Assembly: GCA_029288615.1 (NCBI GenBank)
Contig: JARIGV010000002.1
Location: 1-54,899 of the forward strand
DNA: 54,899 nucleotides
Source: Candidatus Tayloriibacteriota bacterium
GTDB lineage: Bacteria; Patescibacteriota; Minisyncoccia; Phycocordibacterales; CAIRYW01
Reading direction: 5' to 3'
Below are positions 32,132 through 39,939 of this stretch, one piece after another. How positions within the stretch are numbered: the first letter of the stretch is position 1; every line of letters starts with the position of its first letter. The notes below the pieces were generated by a model. The model did not search any database. It worked only from the letters and a program-made list of their open reading frames with translations, and was not told the origin of the DNA. The position numbers were made by a program, and so were the translations under genes.

Positions 32132-32695
32132 TTATTTCTGGCTTTCTTTTGAATAGAGGCCAGTCAAAGTTGCTTCATCGATAATATGTCCCTCTATCGA
32201 GGCTTTTACTGTTTCTTTATCGCTTCCTTCCGGAATATCGAGTGTTGTATCGAGTGCGTAAAGAGAAAAGATATACCGATGCTCGCCTGTTGGAGGACAA
32301 GGACCAATATAATTTAAATCTCCCGTTGTTCCCTTTCCTGAAATTCCCTCAGGCTCTTTACCCTCGTCGATACGCGTGGTTGTAACAGGAATATTCCACT
32401 TCACCCAATGGTCAAATGTGCCCATGGTGGTATCTGGATCTTCGAGGAAAAGTACAAGAGACTTAGCATCTTTTGGTACTGCAGCAAATTCAAGTGGCGG
32501 CACAACCTGCGACCCATCGCATGTATATTTCGAAGGAATCTTTGTATTATCTTCAAAAACAGGACTTAATATTTGCATAGAATTTTTATTTATTATTTTA
32601 GAGTTATGTTCTGCTGTTTTTGATTTCTCGAAATAAAAGAAAAATATCGCGAGAACAAACAAAACAACAATACTTAAGACGAGTCCTTTTCTCAT
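32132..32695 (-). CDS. PEBP (YbhB/YbcL, Raf-kinase-inhibitor-like) family protein
   Basis: YTCDG...PPLEF and GPCPP.GEHRY.F.LYALD motifs. ATG at 32695 with an N-terminal TM/signal segment. Confidence 0.85.
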   Translation of the reverse strand: MRKGLVLSIVVLFVLAIFFFYFEKSKTAEHNSKIINKNSMQILSPVFEDNTKIPSKYTCDGSQVVPPLEFAAVPKDAKSLVLFLEDPDTTMGTFDHWVKWNIPVTTTRIDEGKEPEGISGKGTTGDLNYIGPCPPTGEHRYIFSLYALDTTLDIPEGSDKETVKASIEGHIIDEATLTGLYSKESQK

Positions 32696-32725
32696 GTATG
32701 ACAATGGTTTTACACTTGGATAAAT

Positions 32726-33181
32726 CTAATCAATAATTTTTACCCAAAGCACTCCTGGAAAACCGTCATCAGGATCATTGATAACACCGCGATTTGAAAA
32801 TCCAAGTTTCTCATAGAATTTCCACGAGGCATTGTGTGTATCAGGGCTATAGCATTCTATTTCAGTGAAATGTAATTTTTTTGCCTCTTCAATAATTCTC
32901 TGGCCAACAATATTTCCGATGCCTTTATTTTGTATTTTAGAGGCAATAACATAAAGCTCAACGGGACTTTTTGTTGTTGCGTGAGCGTAAAGATGTTCAG
33001 GAGCTTTTCTAAATCCTGCAATTCCCACCACTTCACCATCACTCTCTGCAACATAAAACTGTACACTTGGATCAGTTAATTTTTCTTCGAGTTCATTTAA
33101 AAATCCTTTGTCAGTCCAATATGTACTGAAAATCCTTTGCACCTCATCTTTATCCTTACTGTTATATTTTCTTGTTTCCAT
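32726..33181 (-). CDS. GNAT family N-acetyltransferase
   Basis: Acetyl-CoA binding motif QNKGIGNIVGQRIIEEA. 151 aa. Confidence 0.8.
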   Translation of the reverse strand: METRKYNSKDKDEVQRIFSTYWTDKGFLNELEEKLTDPSVQFYVAESDGEVVGIAGFRKAPEHLYAHATTKSPVELYVIASKIQNKGIGNIVGQRIIEEAKKLHFTEIECYSPDTHNASWKFYEKLGFSNRGVINDPDDGFPGVLWVKIID

Positions 33182-33210
33182 AACTCTATTTATACATTAT
33201 TTATTTGTTT

Positions 33211-33245
33211 ATATAAAAATACACCACAGAGACTTCTCTGTGGTG
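33211..33245 (-). terminator. Intrinsic terminator after ORF 33271..33855
   Basis: CACCACAGAG-aagtc-TCTGTGGTG followed by TATTTTTATAT on the minus strand. Confidence 0.65.
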
Positions 33246-33270
33246 AAAAATGAATCGTGAGAATCCGTTT

Positions 33271-33855
33271 TTAGAGCAGAACGTGACAGGCCGCGATTTG
33301 GACGGTGGAGTTGGTCATTTCCTCCACCATAAACAGGCCGTACTTGCCGCCGTCGGTCATCATGGCAACGATTTGCTCTTGATGAAGATCGATGACGACT
33401 TGGCGCAAACCGAAGGATTTGCGGCACGCTTCCACGAGCAGGTCGGCGTCCTTCTGCGAATGGATCGCCTTGAACTCTTCGATCGTGAGATCGGTCGGAG
33501 CAAACCATGTCTCACCGAAGAGACTGTGGTCTTCGACACCCTTAAGCATGCCGGAAGCGCACGCTGCTTTGATCGAGAGGACCCGAGGATCCGCATCAGT
33601 GAAGTGGAAGAAGGCGTTGGCTTCCATACCCAGACTCTTGGCCTGGCATGTAGGACGCGCCTTGTTCGATTTGCACTTCATAAGCGCGTACAGCGGGCAT
33701 TCCCCACCGAAGTGAGAACGATAGCTGTAGAATTCGCCAGGAACTGCAGGAATGATGTCCTGACTGAGCGCCAACTGTTGCTCTGCCACAGACGGAGAAG
33801 TGGCACGTTTCTCGTCCGCTTTAACCGGCGGACCCGGGGTTTGTACTATTTTCAT
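33271..33855 (-). CDS. Hypothetical protein, strongly G+C-rich
   Basis: 194-aa ORF. A minus-strand promoter TTGACT-17-TAAATT (plus coordinates 33863..33891) ends 7 nt before the ATG. A minus-strand terminator follows the stop, which decides between the two fully overlapping antisense ORFs. Confidence 0.55.
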   Translation of the reverse strand: MKIVQTPGPPVKADEKRATSPSVAEQQLALSQDIIPAVPGEFYSYRSHFGGECPLYALMKCKSNKARPTCQAKSLGMEANAFFHFTDADPRVLSIKAACASGMLKGVEDHSLFGETWFAPTDLTIEEFKAIHSQKDADLLVEACRKSFGLRQVVIDLHQEQIVAMMTDGGKYGLFMVEEMTNSTVQIAACHVLL

Positions 33856-34013
33856 TAATCAAAATTTAACCAGACATACAAAAAAAGTCAAACCATCCTA
33901 TAACAAGGTGAATGACTGTAATCTCAAATTTTCATACAGGATGAGCCTTTGCAATTAAGAGTTTTTTTGCTACTATCTTTCCAAGTTCTTTTAGATTGTA
34001 ACGAACATTCTGC

Positions 34014-34086
34014 TCCGCGGTAGCTCAGTTGGTAGAGCGGCGAGCTGTTAACTCGTTGGTCGTAGGTTCGATCCCTACCCGCGGAG
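34014..34086 (+). tRNA. tRNA-Asn (anticodon GUU)
   Basis: Manual cloverleaf: UCCGCGG-UA-GCUC-AGUUGGUA-GAGC-G-GCGAG-CUGUUAA-CUCGU-UGGUC-GUAGG-UUCGAUC-CCUAC-CCGCGGA-G. Confidence 0.95.
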
Positions 34087-34102
34087 CATAGTGTTTGTTA
34101 AT

Positions 34103-34129
34103 AAAAATCCCCTTTCGGGGATTTTATTT
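34103..34129. terminator. Bidirectional hairpin terminator
   Basis: ATCCCC-tttc-GGGGAT flanked by an A-run on one side and a T-run on the other. Confidence 0.6.
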
Positions 34130-34262
34130 ATATCTTTCCATTCATTCCCTTCCTCTTTTTCTCCCGAGCTTCCTCAGCTTTTATCTTAAGTTTTTCTTTG
34201 GTAGCAAGTGAGGCGCGTTTTGCTGCCTTGCTTGCATTCCAACCTTTTTTTGTTTGTGACAT
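34128..34262 (-). CDS. Possible 44-aa lysine-rich small protein (not in the ORF track)
   Basis: My translation is MSQTKKGWNASKAAKRASLATKEKLKIKAEEAREKKRKGMNGKI. It ends right at the bidirectional terminator. No family recognised. Confidence 0.3.
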   Translation of the reverse strand: MSQTKKGWNASKAAKRASLATKEKLKIKAEEAREKKRKGMNGKI

Positions 34263-34305
34263 GCTTACATTCTATCACAAGGTAAGCTCTGCTATACTGT
34301 GTGCC

Positions 34306-35643
34306 ATGTCAGATCACAATCTCACAGAAGCACCGATTAAAAGTCTTATTGGTAACATTGCATTGCCAGTATGCATCGGCTTTTTCTTTAATACGATGTT
34401 TAATGTCGTCGATACATATTTCGGCGGCAAGCTTGGCACAGAAGCATTGGCTGCGCTCTCACTTTCCTTTCCTGTCTATTTCCTCCTTATGATCTTTGAT
34501 TCTGGAATTTCAACGGGTGTGACAGCCGTCATTGCAAATGCACTTGGCGCGAAAAAAGAAGTTGAAAAATATATTGGTCAATCGATCTCTTTCGGTCTTA
34601 TTGTTTCTGTGTTTGTTACAATCCTTGGCCTCATCTTCTCCCCTACACTTTTCAGACTTCTTGGTGCAACAGGACATTATCTTCAGATGTCAGTCCAATA
34701 TATGAATGTCTTTTTCTATGGCACCGTTTTCTTTCTCATGGAAAGTGTCTTCAATTCTTTTCTTCAAGCTCGCGGCGACACAAAGACATATAGAAATTTC
34801 CTCATTATCGGTTTTGCACTCAATGTCGTACTCGACCCATGGCTACTCTATGGCGGTCTTGGCGTCCCTGCACTTGGGTTTCGAGGAGTTGCAGTTGCAA
34901 CCGTCCTCGTACAAATATTTGGTGCTTGCTACATGTTTTACCGTGTACATAAGACAGGTCTTATATCAAAAGATATTTTTAGGAAACTCAAGCCAGAATG
35001 GCATACATATAAAGAAATTTTGGAGCAAGCCGTTCCTGCAAGTCTTAATATGGTCACAATTGGCGCAGGAATTTTCGTGATCACATATTTTATTAATCAG
35101 TTTGGTCAGGATGCTGTTGCAGCATACGGTATCGCAACACGAGTTGAACAAATCGCGCTTCTTCCAACAATCGGTCTTACAATCGCCGCACTGACAATAA
35201 TTGGCCAAAACAACGGCGCGAAAAAATTCGACCGTGTCAGGGAAACACTTCGACTTTGTGTACGATATGGACTCCAGATGATGCTTGTTGGTTCAATTCT
35301 CATTTTCTCTCTTTCAGAATATCTCATGAGATTTTTTGCTACTAATGCAGATGTGGTTAGCATCGGCACTCACTATCTTCGCATTGCAGCATTGATCTCT
35401 TTTGCCTACGCAATACTTTTCATTAATGTATCTGCGCTTCAGGGTATGAAGAAGCCACTATACGCTGTGTGGATTGGCCTTTATCGACAAATCATTGCGC
35501 CGTGCATTCTTTTCTACATTCTCGTTCATGTTTTTGGTTTTGGTATCGATGGTATCTGGTGGGGAATTTTTGGCATCACGTGGTCTGCTGCGATCATTAC
35601 CCACTTCTACGCAAGACATACTATGAATACATTAAACTTGTAA
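34306..35643 (+). CDS. MATE family efflux transporter
   Basis: 12-TM protein with the MATE N-terminal signature (LIGNIALPVCIGFFFNTMFNVVDTYFGGKLGTEALAA). The ATG at 34306 is preferred over the TTG at 34198. Confidence 0.9.
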   Translation: MSDHNLTEAPIKSLIGNIALPVCIGFFFNTMFNVVDTYFGGKLGTEALAALSLSFPVYFLLMIFDSGISTGVTAVIANALGAKKEVEKYIGQSISFGLIVSVFVTILGLIFSPTLFRLLGATGHYLQMSVQYMNVFFYGTVFFLMESVFNSFLQARGDTKTYRNFLIIGFALNVVLDPWLLYGGLGVPALGFRGVAVATVLVQIFGACYMFYRVHKTGLISKDIFRKLKPEWHTYKEILEQAVPASLNMVTIGAGIFVITYFINQFGQDAVAAYGIATRVEQIALLPTIGLTIAALTIIGQNNGAKKFDRVRETLRLCVRYGLQMMLVGSILIFSLSEYLMRFFATNADVVSIGTHYLRIAALISFAYAILFINVSALQGMKKPLYAVWIGLYRQIIAPCILFYILVHVFGFGIDGIWWGIFGITWSAAIITHFYARHTMNTLNL

Positions 35644-35650
35644 CCTTTTT

Positions 35651-36133
35651 ATGACCACATATGTAGCACTGCTTCGCGGCATCATGCCAACAAACCCGAA
35701 TATGAAAAGCGAAAAGCTGAAGAAAGTTTTTGAATCTCTCGGATTTAAAAATGTAAGGACTGTTATTGCAAGTGGTAATGTTGTCTTCGAAACTTCTTCA
35801 AAAGACGAATTGGCACTTGAATCAAAAATTGAAAAAACATTTCCAAAAATGCTTGGTTTTAAAAGCACTACAATTATTCGAAGCCAAGAAGAAATTGAAA
35901 AACTCATAAAGAAAAATCCATTTAAAGGAATAGAGGATAAAAAGCCAAACTATCTTGTGGTGACTTTTTTTAAAGACAGAAAAAATGAAGTGGCCACAGT
36001 GATCAATCTTGATGAGGGTAAGACTCCTGCTTTCATGGCAGCTATCGAGAAAAAACACGGCAAAGAGATTACAACTCGCACCTGGAAGACAGTTGCGAGG
36101 ATATTAAAAGCAATGGAAATAAATTCTAAGTAA
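35651..36133 (+). CDS. DUF1697 family protein
   Basis: N-terminus YVALLRGI....N.MKSEKLKKVFESLGF.NVRT.IASGNVVFE, recalled as the DUF1697 signature. Confidence 0.75.
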   Translation: MTTYVALLRGIMPTNPNMKSEKLKKVFESLGFKNVRTVIASGNVVFETSSKDELALESKIEKTFPKMLGFKSTTIIRSQEEIEKLIKKNPFKGIEDKKPNYLVVTFFKDRKNEVATVINLDEGKTPAFMAAIEKKHGKEITTRTWKTVARILKAMEINSK

Positions 36134-36176
36134 GAGCGTCTTATTAAGATGAGGTAATTAATATTAAATATTTTAT

Positions 36177-36506
36177 ATGGACCACAACAATACAACTACA
36201 GCATTTGAAATCCCAAATGCTCGCGTCGTCAAAAACCTAGGACTCGTCAAAGGTATTATCGTGAGATCACGATCGATTATTGGAACAATCGGCGGCGGAC
36301 TCCAAACAATTCTTGGAGGCAATATTACTCTTTTTACAGAGCTCTGCGAGAAAACTCGCGAGGATGCGTATGATCTTATGATCGAACACGCAAAAGAAAA
36401 AGGTGCGAACGCGGTCATTGGTATTCGTTACGACACAACAGAACTCATGCAAGGAGTGACAGAAGTTCTCTGCTATGGCACAGCAGTCGTAATTGATTCT
36501 AAATAA
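36177..36506 (+). CDS. YbjQ/UPF0145 family protein
   Basis: GLVKGIIVRSRSI....GGLQ...GG and GANAVIGIRYD motifs. Confidence 0.85.
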   Translation: MDHNNTTTAFEIPNARVVKNLGLVKGIIVRSRSIIGTIGGGLQTILGGNITLFTELCEKTREDAYDLMIEHAKEKGANAVIGIRYDTTELMQGVTEVLCYGTAVVIDSK

Positions 36507-36514
36507 ATAAAATT

Positions 36515-36543
36515 GACCTCTCCTTGCGGAAGAGGTCTTTTTG
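36515..36543. terminator. Bidirectional hairpin terminator
   Basis: GACCTCT-ccttgcgga-AGAGGTC followed by T5, placed between convergent genes. Confidence 0.6.
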
Positions 36544-36568
36544 TTTTGTGCAACCGAGCCGATGGTGA

Positions 36569-36913
36569 TCAGCCTTTGAGTGGGACGATCGCGAAACGGA
36601 AGACGGCCAGGTCCTGGTTCTTCAGGGTATGCCGCACGTGCATCTGCGTCTTCGCGGACTCTGCGTCGGAGAGCCGGAAAGCGACAGATTGGCCGACCCA
36701 GTAGTGACCGACGCGCGGCGCATCCATCCGATAGATCTTGCCGGAGGAGATCACAGTGACTTCGACGATCTGCTTGTTCGCCGTCTGGCGAATGGAGTCG
36801 ATGATGCCGATTTTCTTCTCCGACGTGAAGTCGGACGGAGTCAGAGCCGGAGCCGAATTGATGCCACCGAGCAAAAGCACGGCAGCCACGATGGTGTTAA
36901 GGAACGATTTCAT
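36569..36913 (-). CDS. Hypothetical secreted protein, G+C-rich
   Basis: 114 aa with signal peptide MKSFLNTIVAAVLLLGGINSAPA. A TTGACT -35 box lies upstream. Confidence 0.55.
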   Translation of the reverse strand: MKSFLNTIVAAVLLLGGINSAPALTPSDFTSEKKIGIIDSIRQTANKQIVEVTVISSGKIYRMDAPRVGHYWVGQSVAFRLSDAESAKTQMHVRHTLKNQDLAVFRFAIVPLKG

Positions 36914-36991
36914 AGGGTTTTATTATTACAATAGATTATACATAAAGTCAAGGGTGTCTAGTTTTGCTTTTCTTTTGTTATACTTTTTCAA

Positions 36992-37510
36992 ATGTTCATT
37001 TTTCCTTTTCCAAAATCACCACATCACGACGGTGGTCGTATCGGCCCAGTGACAATGCAAGATTGGTATGTGAATTTACGCTATGCGATCGAGTTACATC
37101 GACACTATCGCCAATCGAAACTTCTCATCCTGACTGCTTTTGCACAAGGTGGAGTTTCTGAGGCAGAGATTTACATCAATACACTCCGACATGCCGGCAT
37201 TGAAAGAAGCGATCTAGAGGTTGTCGATGAAGGCTTTGAAACAATAGGCCAAGTGGCCGCTGCGGAAAGCATTGCCAAAGAAAAAGGCCGTGCACTCGTA
37301 ATCGTGTCGACACTTCTCCACTTCCCTCGCATCCGCTATTACGCGAAAAGCGAGACAGTGGTCCGCACTGATCCGCTTGGGATTCCAAGACTCTCAGAAA
37401 TACCACGCGACATCTTGATGATGCTTGGAGCTCCTCTCTTTGACATTTCCGGGTGGAGGGATCGATTTGCAGAGCTTGTTATCAAACGGCGCAGGAATGG
37501 AATACTCTAG
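36992..37510 (+). CDS. DUF218/YdcF-like protein
   Basis: The pattern R.A..L......L.L...GGVSEAE.....L...G......V.....T..Q plus IVST..H.PR resembles DUF218. TGtTATACT lies 7 nt before the ATG. Confidence 0.5.
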   Translation: MFIFPFPKSPHHDGGRIGPVTMQDWYVNLRYAIELHRHYRQSKLLILTAFAQGGVSEAEIYINTLRHAGIERSDLEVVDEGFETIGQVAAAESIAKEKGRALVIVSTLLHFPRIRYYAKSETVVRTDPLGIPRLSEIPRDILMMLGAPLFDISGWRDRFAELVIKRRRNGIL

Positions 37511-37622
37511 GACTCAATAAATTTGGGTCCAATTTTATTTTCATAAAGAAATAGTTGTCAGAAAAAAATATCCACCTCGTCTTTATGAATAAGTCTACAA
37601 TTATTAGAATAAGATTTATTTT

Positions 37623-37904
37623 ATGGCTACTATCATAAATACTCCCGGCAACAACTCAACCGATGACAGCGGTGCAGGTGTTGTAGTGGGAATTATCCTT
37701 GGAATTATTATCATTTTTGCATTCTTCTACTATGGCTTACCAGCTATGCGTGGACGAAACGTAGCACCAGCCGCACCAAATAATGCAAGCGTAAATGTGT
37801 CAGTACCACTCCCTTCTGGAGGCTCAGGAGGCGGATCTAACGGAGGTGGTGCAAGCAGCGGAAGCTCAAGTGGTGGCGCAGGAGCAGGAACTTCAGCTCA
37901 GTAA
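37623..37904 (+). CDS. Small membrane protein with a Gly/Ser-rich tail
   Basis: 93 aa with one TM (VVVGIILGIIIIFAFFYYGL) followed by SGGSGGGSNGGGASSGSSSGGAGAG. The terminator at 37918..37954 follows. Confidence 0.55.
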   Translation: MATIINTPGNNSTDDSGAGVVVGIILGIIIIFAFFYYGLPAMRGRNVAPAAPNNASVNVSVPLPSGGSGGGSNGGGASSGSSSGGAGAGTSAQ

Positions 37905-37972
37905 TAAAATAAAAATTCTCACAGCCGTCGAAGACAGCTGTGAGTGTTTTTTTTGGAATGTACGTGATCGTT

Positions 37973-38806
37973 CTAGCGTCGACGGCGGCGAAGGCCGAAG
38001 AGCCCGAGTGCGCCGATAAGTGCGCACGTGGTCGTACCAGGTTCAGGCACAGACTGAATGGTCACCGTGGCGGAGCCAATCGGCGTGCCGTTCATGCTGT
38101 AGGTACCAGTGAATTGAACATCCTGGTTGAAACCCTGGGCCATAAGACCATTGATAACGCCGTTGATCTTGTCCTGATTGGTCGCCCCTGGATCGGTCGA
38201 GACCGCCGCGGGAACATTGCCACTGCCACGGCCGATGATTTCATCGACGAGCTGCGTATTTGACCCACTTGTAATAAAGACATCGTCACCTGTGCCGAGG
38301 ATGCCATCAGCGCCTTTTTGCACGCCAACATACTCATTCGAGTAGTTATAGCTTCCAGCCGCGAAGCTGAAGCCGAGGTAATTTCCCGGGTCGCTTGAGG
38401 TCGCGCTGAAGCTGAGGTTCGAGATGCTGAACTGGCTATTTCCAGTGATGACGACACCAAACTGCAGGCGATTGCCGAGCTCATTTGCGTACGCGGCACC
38501 GTAGGCACCAACAGGGTCAGCGTTTCCAAGCCACGACGGAAATCCAGTCGCAATGAATTGGTTGAGCTGAACCGATCCATTCAAACGGACATACTGACTC
38601 GGTCCAGGAGCGCCGACTGTCGACGCGCCAGTTTCGAGACCTGTGATCGCGTTTGTCACCCATCCCGAATAGGACGGCGAACCAAAAGCGTTCGGAGCCA
38701 TAGCTGGAATGACTTGCCCATTGATGCCACCACCCTCACTGATAGCGTGAAGCGGTGTGAGGTTGCTTATAACGATCGCGCAAAGCGCGAAGATGTACTT
38801 ATTCAT
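37973..38806 (-). CDS. PEP-CTERM sorting-domain protein, G+C-rich
   Basis: ATG at 38806 gives the signal peptide MNKYIFALCAIVISNLTPLHA. The C-terminus VPEPGTTTCALIGALGLFGLRRRRR has the PEP motif, a TM helix and an Arg cluster. Confidence 0.75.
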   Translation of the reverse strand: MNKYIFALCAIVISNLTPLHAISEGGGINGQVIPAMAPNAFGSPSYSGWVTNAITGLETGASTVGAPGPSQYVRLNGSVQLNQFIATGFPSWLGNADPVGAYGAAYANELGNRLQFGVVITGNSQFSISNLSFSATSSDPGNYLGFSFAAGSYNYSNEYVGVQKGADGILGTGDDVFITSGSNTQLVDEIIGRGSGNVPAAVSTDPGATNQDKINGVINGLMAQGFNQDVQFTGTYSMNGTPIGSATVTIQSVPEPGTTTCALIGALGLFGLRRRRR

Positions 38807-38956
38807 GTTTCGGTTTTTGGGTTTTCTCTCAGATGTTCTGGGAGTACATTCTGGAAAGAACAAATCGCCTTTCGGCGAAGGCAAGATAATAGCACACATT
38901 CTCGTTAGAGCAATGCGTGCTATTTAGAAAAATTTTATTTTTATTTTATCTCTTGT

Positions 38957-39373
38957 TTATACGAGGAGGCCGATGATTGAAGCTGAAACAAAAAGAAAGA
39001 CAAGCCAGTAGCCAATATTGATGAAGAAAAGCGTCTTCGACTTCCCTTCCCATCCGACAAAATTGAGATAGACAGGCACAACAAATCCAAGCCAAAGCAC
39101 AAAAGCAAAAGAGATATCAGTACCAATACCTGAAGTTGAGTAGTAGAAATTATGAAATGCAATTGAGAATGAGAGCACCGACGACATGAGAATCGCTCCG
39201 ATAAAAGAAAGAATGATTGGTTTGATCATCACTTTTATCGAAGGCTTCACATCCATTGGAATATTATTAAGCTCCATCCATTTTTTTCCGAAAAGAGGAC
39301 CGTACCAAATAAACCCAAGTACCACAGAAAGAATCATTGATGCAAAGACCGCCCAAAAATTTACAAGAGACAT
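38957..39373 (-). CDS. DUF1761 family membrane protein
   Basis: The N-terminal motif LGFIWYGPLFGKKW is typical of DUF1761. 4 TM. Confidence 0.7.
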   Translation of the reverse strand: MSLVNFWAVFASMILSVVLGFIWYGPLFGKKWMELNNIPMDVKPSIKVMIKPIILSFIGAILMSSVLSFSIAFHNFYYSTSGIGTDISFAFVLWLGFVVPVYLNFVGWEGKSKTLFFINIGYWLVFLFVSASIIGLLV

Positions 39374-39427
39374 AGTTTCATAATTTAAATATTAATGGAG
39401 ACTCATAAAGTATATCAAATAGCTTGT

Positions 39428-39455
39428 TTGATATTTTCCTCAAGTTTTAGATAAT
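39428..39455 (+). promoter_or_regulatory. Promoter TTGATA-16-GATAAT
   Basis: The -10 ends 7 nt before the tspO ATG at 39463. Confidence 0.45.
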
Positions 39456-39462
39456 TAGCCGT

Positions 39463-39936
39463 ATGAAAACAAAAAATATTTTAAAGTTTATTGGAAGTAT
39501 TGTGATCTGTGAGTTAGCAGGAATCATTGGCTCAGTATTCACAGTGTCAGCAATTCCAACCTGGTATAGAACTTTGCAAAAGCCTTCATTCAACCCACCT
39601 TCATGGGTATTCGGTCCTGTATGGACTACCCTCTATTTTCTTATGGGTATCGCTCTTTTTCTTATATGTAAAAGAGAAAGCACTCCTGAAACAAAAAGGG
39701 CTATCAAAACTTTCTCACTACAACTTTCACTCAATGCACTCTGGTCGATCGTATTCTTTGGTCTTAAAGACATTAGACTTGCATTTATAACGATCATTGC
39801 ATTATGGATCGCAATCCTCGTAACACTCATACAGTTTTCAAAAATATCAAAAACTGCAGGAGCTCTTCTTGTTCCTTATATTCTATGGGTGACATTTGCG
39901 AGCGTTCTCAATTATTCATTAATGGTTCTCAATTAA
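39463..39936 (+). CDS. tspO: TspO/MBR family tryptophan-rich sensory protein
   Basis: W..L.KPSFNPPSWVFGPVWTTLY..MGIA and a 5-TM layout. Confidence 0.9.
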   Translation: MKTKNILKFIGSIVICELAGIIGSVFTVSAIPTWYRTLQKPSFNPPSWVFGPVWTTLYFLMGIALFLICKRESTPETKRAIKTFSLQLSLNALWSIVFFGLKDIRLAFITIIALWIAILVTLIQFSKISKTAGALLVPYILWVTFASVLNYSLMVLN

Positions 39937-39939
39937 GGT

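Noticed and set aside
33250-33858. A 202-aa plus-strand ORF almost exactly coextensive with the minus-strand ORF 33271..33855.
   Set aside because: Both strands stay open because the segment is G+C-rich and poor in stop codons. The minus-strand frame has a consensus promoter 7 nt upstream and a minus-oriented intrinsic terminator downstream. The plus-strand product is Arg/Leu-rich, as expected for an antisense artefact. The same reasoning rejects 36629..36934(+), 36513..36704(+), 22476..22838(-), 22508..22756(-), 22592..22894(+), 5534..5875(+), 5574..5813(-), 26712..26996(-), 26782..27096(+), 38092..38580(-), 598..885(+), 747..1130(-) and 1021..1386(+).
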